From Trichosphaerium sp. ATCC 40318 (Eukaryota > Protista > Tubulinea): a stretch of DNA of 64,000 bases. Positions 25,871-38,494 of the stretch are shown in pieces (position 1 is the first letter of the stretch; each line of letters begins with the position of its first letter). Location of the stretch: NCBI GenBank assembly GCA_038496445.1, contig JALMLS010000322.1, forward strand, positions 868,001-932,000, written 5' to 3'. The position numbers were made by a program, and so were the translations under genes. The notes beneath the pieces are model-generated. The model was not told the DNA's origin, ran no database searches, and saw nothing but the letters and a program-made list of their open reading frames with translations.

Positions 25871-27519
25871 ATGGCCTCCGATGAGGCTGACACGCGAATG
25901 CGGATGCCTATATGGCTTTCGCACTTTGTATCTGGTGGTATAGCCGGATGCTCCGCGAAAACAGTTGTGGCGCCGTTTGATAGGGCTAAAATACTATATC
26001 AGGTACGCCATAGCGTGCAAGGCGTATGACACTAGTATAACCGCTCAATAGTGTATTTTTTCCTTTACCATTCTAATTCCCAAGTAGACTAACCACCCCT
26101 TTTATAAACACGCATTTACAAGCGTATTTGGTGCGTATTTTTTCAAAAAAACATGTTTTGACGTCGCGTAGAAACTATTGGACAGATTGTGCATAAAGAA
26201 GGTATCACACACCTATGGAAAGGCAATACAGCAACAATTGCAAGGTAACATAATTTAAAACGATCAAAAAAGGCTGCGGCGTTAACAACGACGCAGAAAC
26301 ACATCCAATTATACGTATCACAATACTTACAGCTGTTTTAAATAGAATATTTCCTTATGCAGCAGTACAATTCATGGCATACGAAAAATACAAACAAGTA
26401 CGCACTAGTGCTTTCATTGCTAAAGCTAATAGCGAGCAAAAACGCTTTTCACCAAAAAAAAAAATTGACGAAAACAGTTTTTGGCCCAAAACGCTCTAAC
26501 ATGTATAGTTTGTAATGAAAGACATTGAGGAGGGTGAAATACACTTTTTTAGACACTTATTATGTGGTTCTCTTGCTGGTATGACTGCAGTGCTTGCTAC
26601 ATATCCGCTTGATTTAATGCGGTACGTTTTTTCACTGGATGAAAAAAAAAAAACCGTTTAAAAAAGAAACCGAAAAGTTTTTCACTTTTGATTGTTTTAC
26701 ATCACCACAACGTACTTGTACGTTACTTGTATACTCTGTAAATGTTAAAGATATCATTGATATACTAATTAAAAACTCAGAGCGCGTATGGCAAGCGAAG
26801 TAGGAAAAAACCATAAATACAAAGGTAGGCCCTTTCTTGTACTTTAAAAAAAAGGTTTTTTTTTGTTAACTTTGTTTCTCTTTCTTAGGTATTTATCACG
26901 GTTTCACTACCTTGGTGAGAACAGAAGGATTCTTTTCTATATGGAAAGGACTTGGGGCATCTATACAAGGTATTGTACCTTATGCCGGAGTGTACGTACA
27001 AAAAATGATAAATATCAGTTACATTGACTCATTGTTTTTCTTTCAGAAATTTTTCAGTGTATGAAACTCTTAAGGTTTTGGCACCTAAGAATAAGGATGG
27101 TGAACTACAAACTACTTGGAGACTTATTTGTGGAGGAGCAGCTGGTGCTATAGGTCAGACAGGTACAGATTGAAATGTTGCTTGGGTTTTTTCCTTACTG
27201 TCTTTTTTACAGTTGCATATCCTTGGGACGTTGTAAGACGTAGAAGACAGACAATGGGTTTTGCACCTGGTAGTCCAGATATTAAAGTAACAGGAACATA
27301 CTCTGTTATGCTTCATATTATAAAAAAGGAGGGTCCTCGAGGTACACAAAGAAAAGACAAAATTTACATTGTAAATTGTGGTAAAGTTCTCACTTTTTTT
27401 TTTTTCACAAAGGGCTTTACCGAGGTATAACTATAAACTATTGGAAAGTTACACCTGCTGTAAGTATTAGTTTTATGGTTTATGAATGGATGAAGGATAC
27501 TCTAACACCATATACATGA
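25871..27519 (+). CDS. Mitochondrial carrier, CoA/Graves-disease carrier-like (SLC25A16/A42, Leu5 group)
   Basis: Nine exons join in frame: [60 protein letters not shown]. Confidence 0.93.
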
Positions 27520-27971
27520 TAAACAAGACGCTATTCAACAAACAAAGACAAAACAACAAATCATCAAAAGAGAAAAAATTCCGCGAAGATTTTTTGTTCT
27601 TTTTTTTTAAAGATCGCTTTGTGTGCTTTCATACTATTGTGATCTTATGATTCCCCATTCTATTTGAGGGATAGATAACTGTAACAGATATATATTTGTA
27701 CATTGTACAGCTTGAGCAAAATACATAACAATCAGAAAATGCCGTCTTTGATTGATGTTCTTTTTGGTTACCATTGAAGCGAAAATAATAAAAAGTGACA
27801 ATTACCTGTCTACGCGTAGTGCGAGAAGGTTCTGCTTGATGAAAAAAAGCGCAAAAGTTTTTCAGCGTTGACATTTTTTGACATTTCGAGGTCTTCTGAC
27901 GCTTTTATGTCTGCGATTGAAACTACAAATTTAGTTGCACACGCGTATTATTAGAAATTTGGAACGTTTAG

Positions 27972-28772
27972 ATGGCGACACAACCATCTAAAGCAAAATC
28001 TAACATAATAGAGCTTAATGTAGGTGGAACAGCTATAACAACAACTAGACGTACTCTATGCCAAGTGGAAGGATCATTACTAGCTTCTATGTTCAGCGGA
28101 AGATGGGAAAACAAGCTTGAAGTCGACAACAAAGGACTACTTTTCTTAGACGTAAATCCATCTCATTTTTCTATCATTTTGGACCATCTAAGATCATGGT
28201 CTTTATCAGCAACACCTTCAGATGATATACTAAGACGTAAGTGTTCACAAGATGGATATCTAAGACTTTTGGTTGAGTACTATGGATTATTAGAACCATT
28301 CAATGATTCTTTTGGAAAAGTATCATCTAACTTAACAATAACTGATAATGGCTTGACTGTACAACAAAGTAACGCATCACATGTATTCTCTAGTGCACTG
28401 GGAACACAACGTATATCTACAGGAAAAGTGACATGGACGCTGGATATAATAGAAGCATCATGGATGCTTATTGGTGTAAGCTCTAGTAATAACATTATTA
28501 AAGATAGCCCTCATACATCAACTTTTGTTTATGGATGGACATCAATGAAATATAGACTTTATGGTGGTTTAAGTACAAAGAATGGTAGAGGATTCAAAGG
28601 AGGTGATACTGTTCTATTAACTCTTGACTCAGATAACTGTTGTTTGAAGCTTGTTTGTGGAGAAAACACTATCGGTGATACAAATGATCTGCCAAAAGGT
28701 AAAAAATGGAGGCTTCAAGTTGCAATTTGTAAAGGAGGTTCTGTATCTCTAACATCATGTAAAATGCATTAA
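27972..28772 (+). CDS. Intronless BTB/POZ (KCTD-type) + SPRY-like protein
   Basis: IIELNVGG..TTRRTL..SLLASMFSGRW..FLDVNPSHFSIILDHLR; SPRY-like C-terminal half. Confidence 0.9.
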   Translation: MATQPSKAKSNIIELNVGGTAITTTRRTLCQVEGSLLASMFSGRWENKLEVDNKGLLFLDVNPSHFSIILDHLRSWSLSATPSDDILRRKCSQDGYLRLLVEYYGLLEPFNDSFGKVSSNLTITDNGLTVQQSNASHVFSSALGTQRISTGKVTWTLDIIEASWMLIGVSSSNNIIKDSPHTSTFVYGWTSMKYRLYGGLSTKNGRGFKGGDTVLLTLDSDNCCLKLVCGENTIGDTNDLPKGKKWRLQVAICKGGSVSLTSCKMH

Positions 28773-29060
28773 TCACGAACACTATTGAGTGTACTAAAAA
28801 TCCTGAACAACCACAATTTTTCAGTCACGTGGTAATAAAACCTTAAGACTACGAGAATTTTTTAGGTGACTACTTTTTCATACTGACAACGCATTTACTT
28901 GTATGTAGAACTTTAATATCTAGTTACCACTGCTCACCTTTATATTGAAGGTACATTATTTTTTAGTTTCCTATTTTTTGTGAGTAAGGCAAGACAATTG
29001 CATTTAAAAAAGTGTTGTGCAGTTTATTTATTTTTTGGTCTTTTTTTTTTTTGAAGTGTT

Positions 29061-30770
29061 TTAAAGATCATCATGGTCATCATCATCGTCATCTTCAAAG
29101 GAATCAAGTTCCATACCATTAATATCTTCATCACTAGCTGAAAGATATTCTAATTGCGGTGGCTTATACTTACCAGTATCATCACTAAAAAACACATCTT
29201 CTGTTAAAAGAAAATGTCCTGTATGATTATTTGGTGCCATTTTATATGCAATAAGAGCAAGAATTAACAACAATGCTATCAACCCTTTATCATAAAATAA
29301 GTTTAAAAATGATATCATTAAAGCGAGAGGAATACTTACCTCCTACCATTGCAATAATAATAAAAATCCAAAGAATGCCTTGTGGGTCTTCGTCAGCTGT
29401 TGAAGAAAAAAAAGTTAGAAAAAATGGGTTTCAAAAGAAAAAAGTTTTTGAGCCTTAGGCTCGATTTTTTACGTGTTATTGTGAATGATTCTATAGGACG
29501 ACCATTTAGCTTTTGTGTTGGACGATAATTATTCTTTAAAGCATCGATTTTAACAAGTTTAGAAAGCTGTGAAGCAGAAATAGGTACAGCTTGTTGTAGA
29601 ATAAACCATGTGACAATTTCGTCACATGACGGTGTTGTTAAAGATCCTCTATACTTAAAATATGAACTCCCATGGACTAAATTAGCTATATAGTCCATCT
29701 AGAATAAACTGTCAGTATCACATGAAGTCTAAAACGGGAAAAACCTCGAACAACTAAAGCAACTATAGCAAAAAGTTTTGCTTCATAGCTATGTTACAGT
29801 GACACTAATTTTGTTAATAACGTACCTCTAAGCTTATACTTGATGATATATTACCATTGGGTAAGTGTGGAAGGATCTGTAAGTGGATAATGTCAACAAA
29901 AAAATCAATCTTTCCAAAAAAACCATCAAAAAAACCATCAAAAAAAAAAATCATTAAAATGATTTGTTAACATACTGAATCCAACCATGTATTTGATGTT
30001 ATATTCTGATCTGGTACATTTAAAAATATACCAACAACAGCTAATGTATTATCCTTCACCGATTTATGTACCTAACAACAAAGTTAAAAATCGAAACTTT
30101 TTTTTTTTCGTTTTCAAGTTTTTGGGAAAACCAGTTTAGCGTACGAGGTGTAACTCTACTGAACGCGGTTGTCCGTTTATAGTATGCTCGCTACGAGCAT
30201 GAAAGTGTATTTGATGAAGTTTAAATGTCTTTTCATCATGAAGTGTATCAAGTGTCATCGTATCTGCTGTAATATCGACTATAGAAGCAGTGTTACAATT
30301 ACAAGAGTGTTTAGTGAAAAGATTTGAAAAGAATTCGTAAATCTTAACGGTATTGATTGTTAACGCACTTATAACTGTGTGTCCGTTGTTGCGTATGGTT
30401 TGTAACTTTGAACCACCTTTTAAAGGTGATATAGACTATTCGACCGTTTTAGTAAGTTGTAGTGGTATTACATATCGCTAGCAGTGCATACCAACGCCTT
30501 TAAATAATCTGGATGAGTTACAACCGCTGTATCAATGTTTATAGGTGATTGGCGTCTACCATTCGCACATACTTCTATTTGTTAGACTTTCGTGTCGTGA
30601 AATGTGATGTTTACAAGCAAACGCTCAAACAAGCACGTACTTGGTGCGTTGCATAATGTATACCATGACAATGGTCCATTAGGACCATGGAAAGAGTAAT
30701 CGCAGCTGCTCGCTTTACTCAGAGCAATCAACGCACCAACGTAAATAAAGAGCAACAAGCGAGTACTCAT
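29061..30770 (-). CDS. Membrane-anchored alpha-carbonic anhydrase
   Basis: Signal peptide; QIHFHARSEH..ELHLVH zinc ligands; YRGSLTTPSCDEIVTW; C-terminal TM helix and acidic tail. Confidence 0.93.
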
Positions 30771-31077
30771 GGAGTTGCGGCACTCCTATTCAGAAAAAAA
30801 AACGGTTTGAATGAAAAAGAAGCCAAAAAAGTTTTTTGGCGTACTAAAGTTACTACCACGTTCTACGCAATAATTACATCAGTACAACAAACTACCAAAC
30901 TAGTTAGTCCAGCTGAGAAAATGGATGTTGGTGGAAGTGACACTCGCTTTTTTGCGATTTAGATATGACTGTACATGCGCTGGAGTGCGCTTGTTACGCA
31001 GTGTTCCTAGTTTGGTAGTTGTTTCTACTTTAAACAAAGAAAAGTCAATCATTTTAAGTCCGTTATGATGAAGGAGT

Positions 31078-34000
31078 ATGGAGCCACCGAATAGCAAAAT
31101 ATTCGACTACTTGGTTGTTTCTACGCTAACTTCAGATGGTGGTACGCTTTTTAAGACAAATTAAATGTTTGCAAACAACAAACGCAAAATGCAAGGGGAC
31201 GAACCAATTAAACCAGAAATATCGTGGACGTTCCCTGCTCTTGAAGATATAGAAGATCCAAATGATTTGAAACCTGTGCCCGTATTTTGTTTCCCTGAGC
31301 TAGAAGAGATTAACGACCAATTCTCAGGCGCCGACAGATATCGGTACAAGTCATTACTCTCGCAATTACCTTCCTAATCTCCCTTCAAGCGAATTCGACT
31401 TTTCTTACGCTCTTACGCTTCAAAACAGTGGTACGTCGCCATACTATGACGCAAAAACCCCATTTCGCAGACAATTACGACATCGCAAAACAAAAGTTGC
31501 CTAGAAACGCCTCTTTAGTTATTTTCGTGCTTACAACACCGTCATAACACAGTACAGCGATATATTATTTTTTTTTGACACTTTACACTTAGGTAAGCGC
31601 TTTGCGTACTGTAGGCGCTACTTTGTACCTATAAAGGATGATAAAGCAAAACCAAATGCTTTTCGCGTTGAATGTATATGTTTGCTTAGCTTCAGGTGAA
31701 GTTTTCAGAACAAGAAGGAAGTTGTATTAATTTTTTCTGTTTTTTAGGAAATCGTTCGCTCTGTTTTCCCAGATACTAGATAATGTATTGATTAGACGTG
31801 AACAAGGAGGTTATGATGCTGTTAACCTGTTCATAGATGGAGTACTCTCTCATGCCTTTCCATCGCCAGGTAAGCAACGCTTTTGGCTTTTGTTTTTGTG
31901 CTTTTAAGTGAAAGTACTTTTTTGTTTGTTTTTTGCGTTACGTTATTTTTGGTTTTAATAGGTGAGACACTCACTGTAAAGACAATGAACCAATATAATG
32001 GTAAACTGGGCCATGAAGTAGCTCATTTGACACGAACATCAAGCCCATTTGAAAACTTATCTTATGTACGTTCAGTTGCTTATTAACACCTCGACTTCCA
32101 CTTTAAGTTCTTATTAAGTATGTCAAACTATCAGTGTATAATCACACACTATAAAATCACTGTAAAGCGTTGTTTTAAAAGTACTTCAACAACAAGAAAA
32201 AACATCTAAAATACTTTCTACTTTTTATTCAAAAAAACTAAAAGAGGTCTAATGCACTAGACTTATACTTTCTTTGTAGGTGTCTTTTGAACCACTATTT
32301 AAAACTGTAAATGCAGCTACAGTTGTAAGAATATTTGAGCATTTACTAAATGAGAGACGTATTATAGTATGTGCTAAAAACGTAGTGACATTATCGTCTT
32401 GCGTAAATGCACTTTATGCAATGATTTACCCACTTGAATGGCAACATATTTTTATCCCTGTACTTCCTAACTCATTAATGGATATGTGTTGTGCGCCAAT
32501 GCCATTCTTGGTAAGTATTCACAAATACAAGAGCACTGAGGACTCAAAATTTGGCAGTCATTTTTTACTTTTTTGGTTTTTGTGCAATTTCTGACGTTTT
32601 CTTAGGTTGGTATTCTTGCATCTGCATTACCAGTACTTGAAAGCTTGCCTCTTGAAGAGGTACGTTGTATTAGTTATTCTTATAAATCACGTTTTGGTAT
32701 GTTTGTAAGGTTGCTAACAACTTTTGTTAAATAGGTTGTACTTATTCATATTGATGAAGGTGCTGTGTATAGAGAGCCTGAAGGGTTTATACCTTCACTT
32801 CCGCCTACTCTTGAGAGTTCTTTAAGAAAGAATTTAAGACGTATAAAGCGAAATGAGAATCGTACGTAATACAATAAAGGGTTACCCCAAAGTATTTGCT
32901 TTTTGTTCTAATTTTTTTACAGGCGGCAAACTGTTCAATGAACCTGTAGCTTGTTGCTTTCTACGGTTTTTTCAAGAAGTACTTGGAGACTATCCACGAT
33001 TCTTTGGTGAAGAGGAGGAGAGATCGTTTAAGATGGATAAATTTATAAAGAGCAAGCCTAATGAAATTAGAAAAGTACGTATAAATTTTGACAAACAAAA
33101 TAGTTTGTTGTTGAGAGTTTTGCTCTGATCCTCTTTACTAGTTTCTTGTAAAGCTATCTGAATCAGCTCAAATGTTAAGTGTTTTCTTTGATGAAAGAGA
33201 ACAAATGCATAAAGCTGGTAATGTAAGAAACTGTGTATTACACAGGCTTCCTCTTTCAATGCTTAAAAGAAAAATATATAAAGCCACAAAAGCCAAAGAA
33301 GAAGAACGTAAAAGAATCGTACGTAAATATCTACAACTGTTTTGCTTTTTGGGAATTTTTTACTTTCCATTACACGTGCAAATCACGTGATATATATTTT
33401 TTGAGCGATGTTTCATTGAAGGTAAGTTAAATATTGTTTTTCTGTTTAGAATAAGAGGAGCTTGTCAAAGAGTGATTCTCATAAACGTACACGTATATCA
33501 CTTAATGCTAAAACGTTTGATAAATGGAAATCAAAGTTTTCGGAGAAAAAGAAGCTTAAGCCTGTAAGGGAGCGCTCTACTACTACAGCATCTGGTATGG
33601 TTATTATATAATATTAAATCATTAACATAAGATATTTAAAATAATATTGCACACGTGTGAGCTATGGTAGATCCACGTGAAGACAATTTTCTTTTGTTTT
33701 GTTTCTATTTCGTATTTTTTTAACTGCTTTTAGGAGGGCCAGGTGGATCATCTGACGAGAGCTCTGCTGCCAGGAAATGCTTATCTGATAGTGATATGAC
33801 AGATATCACAGATGATAGGTCGATGATGACCATATCAGAAGATGTTACAGATGAATCAATAACAAACGTAGAATCTAATGTTCCTTCTGAAGAGGATGAT
33901 AATAGTTGTTCAAGAAAACCTTCAGAAGAGAGTAAAGGGTCTTCTTCTACATCGCCTAAACCTTTTGTAAAAGGTATAATAGATAAAAGTAAGGAGAATA

Positions 34001-34373
34001 AACCAAAGACAGAAGAAACAAAAGCGGAACCAAAAGAAGCAGAAGAACCAAAAGAAGAAACCAAGTCTCAAAAGAGTACAGCTGATTCTAGCTCCAAGAA
34101 GAGCTGTCACAGTGATGATAAAGATAAAGGAGAGGAAGTTCTTGAAGGTGGCGTAGAAGATGAAGAAGCTGGTGAATCAGAAGCTGACTTAATACCTTCA
34201 AGCGCTCCTGTTGCGAAAGAACCTCCAGAAACTCGACAAAGAAGGTAAGTACTTATATATGTCAATCCTGCCTCACTTATCATGTTCTAACTATCTTTAA
34301 TAGCGGAGATGATATGCTCGTATCTTATGATCCGTCACGTTACTTCAGTGATTCATCTGATGATGACAACTAG
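31078..34373 (+). CDS. DENN-domain (Rab GEF) protein
   Basis: IFDYLVV, PVFCFP, LLNERRIIV..LSSCVNALYAMIYPLEWQHIFIPVLP..CCAPMPFL; acidic low-complexity tail. Confidence 0.92.
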
Positions 34374-34677
34374 ATTTTTAAAGTTAAGTAAAAAAAAAAT
34401 ATGATTGAAATACAATGTACATTAAAAAAATAACACCCAACCCCATTACAAAGATTCATACTTGCATGTTTCAGCTGGGTTCATAGGCAAAGTAATATTG
34501 ATAATTTAACCTCACATTGTCATGAAGTTTGAGTGTCACCTCAGAGGATCCAACAAGCAAATTTTGTTGTTTTAATTAAATACAGAAAAATACGTGGAAA
34601 AACACAAACACATTCCTTCTTTGAAGAAAAATGTGCACCACGGGTTTGTTACTTTGATCAAAATCGATAAGATTTCA

Positions 34678-35048
34678 AAAGTACATTCTAAGATTGTATT
34701 TATAAGTTCTTTACCGTCGAATACAATGTCAACTGAGAGCTGTGTTGTATCGATATCAAGCGTAAATATCCTGGCAAGACGAAAACCACCAACGTAGGTG
34801 TACTCAATAACTGGCATGTCGTCATTGGATACAGAGAACCGAGGAAAGTCAGGTCCGCCTGAAGTTGAACCAACGCTGTTAGAAAGCAAAAACAGGTCAT
34901 TAGTGCTACCGTCTGCCAGTAGCTGGCACCTGCCTTGAGCGCCAATGCCTAGCAAATGTTAATACTGTTACAACGAAATAGGTTTGTAAAAAAAGCAGAG
35001 AGCGCACTAACAAATGCTCCAGGGCTACCAGTATAAATGATAATATCT
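34678..35048 (-). pseudogene. Truncated inverted duplicate of the 37417-38169 gene
   Basis: Closely matches 37432-37810 including intron 1; no ATG upstream of the signal-peptide remnant; homology stops after LECTF. Confidence 0.75.
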
Positions 35049-35164
35049 AATATAAAAAATCTCGGAGGTATTTGTTGAGTTATAAGGTATTTATTTATGA
35101 TGAAAACTCTTCATAATTTCAACAATTGTTCTGTTGGCAACTTTTCAAAATGTATAGCAGCTTA

Positions 35165-36454
35165 TTAGAAAAAATCTGGTAGCATATTACTCTCTTTCTG
35201 TGTACATCCTAGATAATCAACCATTTTCTTGGTTATTTGAGTCCCAGTACAGCATATTGTATTGAGGCTTGTTAAATTAACAATGCCATCATCTGTGATT
35301 TGTGTACAGGATACTAGGTTAATTTTCTTAACACCAGCAAGACAGTTCACTCCTTTGTCAGTTACATCGTCACAAAAGCTAAGGTTTATGACTTTTACAC
35401 CTGCTAGGTATCCTAGACCAACATCTGTCACAGATGTACCTGCAAGTATAATTGTATGTACTCCAGCAAGTGCTTGTAAGGTACTGTCATCAACACAATC
35501 TAACCATGCAAGATCAATGATCTTAACACCTACCAATTGTTTTATCCCATCATTTGTCACAGATGTACACCCACTCAAGTTAATTTTACATACTCCTGCT
35601 AAACACGATAGAGTATCATCTTTTAGTTGTGTGCAGTATCCAATATCTATACAAGGTATACCAGCCAAAAGCTTCAACACATTGTTTGATATTTGTGTGC
35701 TGTGTAGACTAATCTGTTTGATTGTGTTTGTTGTTTGATTTTCTGTTAGCAGATACTTTACTCCTTCATGTTTAATTCTTGTACACATAACAAGAGATAT
35801 TGCTCTTGCATTTGTTAGGGATTTTAAACAATTATCTGTAATATTACAAGCATCAAGCTGTATCTTCTGTACATTACCTGAAATGGCAATAACACCTTTG
35901 TCACTGATATTGCGACAACAAGCCAAGTAAATTGTATGAACTCCAGAGAGCGCTGCAAGTCCTTTATCTGTTATATCTGTCCCTGAAATATCAATTGTAT
36001 GAATACCACCAAGTTCTTGAAGCCATTCATCCTTTAAATACCATGTTGTAATTAGTGTATGAATACCGTGAAGTGATGTAAATCCATGACTTGTCACCTT
36101 ATATTTAACTTCATGTATTTTTAGTTCAAGATGATGTACACCTGAAATATGTTCGAGCATAGGATCTGTTAATGATACCAGATCGTTTATTTTAAGGTGG
36201 CGGACGCCAGAGATATTCTTAAAGTCATCATCAGTCATAGAAATATTATTAATGGTTACTTTTGTATTTCTTAAAAGAGGACTTCCGCACAGCTTGTGTA
36301 GATTTTCTCTTGACTTGACAGTCACCTTAAAATACCCCAAACGTGTTAAAATGATTGTAGAAAAGAGTTTACAAACAAATGTTGCAGATATACGGCATTT
36401 CTTGCCCAGTAAAGCCAGGATACACAATATAATTTCTGTTGGTAGCCAAAGCAA
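35165..36454 (-). CDS. F-box + short-LRR (GVHTI) protein
   Basis: 429-aa uninterrupted ORF; LWLPTEIILCIL..FVCK; about 15 LRRs; probably has a short upstream first exon (acceptor tgatag near 36467). Confidence 0.9.
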   Translation of the reverse strand: MLWLPTEIILCILALLGKKCRISATFVCKLFSTIILTRLGYFKVTVKSRENLHKLCGSPLLRNTKVTINNISMTDDDFKNISGVRHLKINDLVSLTDPMLEHISGVHHLELKIHEVKYKVTSHGFTSLHGIHTLITTWYLKDEWLQELGGIHTIDISGTDITDKGLAALSGVHTIYLACCRNISDKGVIAISGNVQKIQLDACNITDNCLKSLTNARAISLVMCTRIKHEGVKYLLTENQTTNTIKQISLHSTQISNNVLKLLAGIPCIDIGYCTQLKDDTLSCLAGVCKINLSGCTSVTNDGIKQLVGVKIIDLAWLDCVDDSTLQALAGVHTIILAGTSVTDVGLGYLAGVKVINLSFCDDVTDKGVNCLAGVKKINLVSCTQITDDGIVNLTSLNTICCTGTQITKKMVDYLGCTQKESNMLPDFF

Positions 36455-36938
36455 TTCAAGTGACCTATCAATACAGGTAGGTTAAAAATTCGTTTTTCTC
36501 GGGGTGGTTGGAATGTAAAGAGTGAAAAATAACTGGCGCATCGGGTGAAAGTTAATTCTTGACTGAAAACGGAAATATGAAAATAACACGTGCTAATTTT
36601 GCCAAAGTTTTAACCTGAAATAAAAACGTATTTGTTGTTTTATATCTGGTTTTAATAGACAGGGCGAGGCGTGTATATAACTTTTACGAAAGGGAAACAA
36701 AAAGTCACGTGACTTGCTACTAATACGGAGTAGCGTTTAATAAGTCGTTGTAAAGGTAAATTAAAAATATCCAAAGTACGTACTCTGGTAGATCTGTTGG
36801 TGTGTGAAGCATGTTGATGGAGTATAAATACTTTCAGGGATACAAACGAAACGTTGGAACAGTAAGTTTGGAGTGATTAATAAAAACTGTTTGTAGCATG
36901 AACTTAACGAATACTCATATAAGTTCAGACTCATGGCT

Positions 36939-37185
36939 TTAGATGCTATGGAAAAACAATTTCCTTTCTTGGATGATTGTTGTGAACATATTGGCAACAT
37001 AGTTTCTGATACAACTTTCACGAGACTTGAGATGCACTTGTTTGTATCCAACAACATCATGAATGATATCAGCCATCAAATGACATGACTGAGCAACAGA
37101 GAATCTATCATTGGCTTCTGTACGATAAAGAATATTCGCAATAACCTCTGGTGGGATATCAACAATATTAAGTTTGGTCACGTGG
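36939..37185 (-). pseudogene. Isolated F-box exon fragment of the 40878 gene type
   Basis: 37025-37185 is nearly identical to 41202-41362; no LRRs follow. Confidence 0.75.
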
Positions 37186-37416
37186 ATACGGATATCAAAT
37201 GAAAGCGAAACAAAGAATCACGTACGGCACATGAAAACACTTTTACCAGGCTTTTGTGATTTACCTTGTCGCTGTCTACTCATATAGCTACTGTGGAAAT
37301 ATAGTACACAATGTACTTCAACTAGTATTGATCAGTGGCACATGTCACTACTCTTAGAGGTAAACCTTTTTTTGTCAACTGTTTTCCACATTATTTATGC
37401 TTTATATACACATACA

Positions 37417-38169
37417 ATGCACCTTGTAGTACTATTATCATTTATACTTGTAGCACTTCCTGTGGGAGCATTTGTTAGTGCGTTCTCTGCTGTTTTTACA
37501 AACCTATTTCGTTGTAACAGTAATAACATTAGCTAGGTATTGGCGCTCAAGGCAGGTGCCAGCTACTGGCAGACGGTAGCACTAATGACTTGTTTTTGCT
37601 TTCTAGCAGTGTTGCTTCAACTTCAGGCGGACCTGACTTTCCTCGGTTCTCTGTATCCAATGACGACCTGCCAGCTATTGAGTACACTTATGTTGGTGGT
37701 TTTCGTCTTGCCAGGATATTTACGCTTGATATCGATACAACACAGCTCTCAGTTGACATTGTATTCAACGGTCAAGAACTTATAAATACAATCCTAGAAT
37801 GTACTTTTGATAGTGCAGTTGTTGAAGGTATTAATACGACATCCTTTCTCGTTTTTTTAACCTTTAGACCCTTACTTTACTTTCTAATAATTGTAGGTTC
37901 CACCTCATCGAATGATTTATCACCAGTTACTTTTCCTAATCCAAACACACTCAGGTATGAATGTACACTGGTGTACAGCAAGCTTTGCTTATATTTTATT
38001 TCCAAGAGTATCTCTGCCTGAGTTCATTCCTGCACCAGTAGCAGCCTATAATGTTGTGATTACATTTCCACCACCTCCAATTACTTGTAGTTCAAAACGA
38101 AGTGCTCGACAGCTTAAAAGTTTATCAGATGAGCGTAGAGCATTGTTACAAAGAGGTTCTTACAAATAA
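37417..38169 (+). CDS. Small secreted protein of unknown function
   Basis: MHLVVLLSFILVALPVGAFVS|IGAQGRCQLLADG..; four exons join in frame. Confidence 0.7.
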
Positions 38170-38494
38170 ACCAACCTTGGTGCTACAGCTGCAACACCTA
38201 TGCGCAAAAAAGTGGGTCGTTGCTTGGGATTGTTTTGACATTGTCTTTGAAAGTACCAACCTCTTGTGATAAAAATGAAACACGAGATAAGTAATAGTGA
38301 ACAAAACCGAGTCATGTTGTCAAGCTTAGCGAAGCGCTAGAAAATTGGCTTAATGGATCGGACATATTGTGTCAAAATTAGTACCAGGAAATGAGTACAC
38401 AATTTTCTCACATCACTAAGTTAAGCCAATTTCGCTGTTCAACAAAACCTAGTTACGACTGTTTTTAGCCTGCAGGTGGTACAGACTAAAGAAA

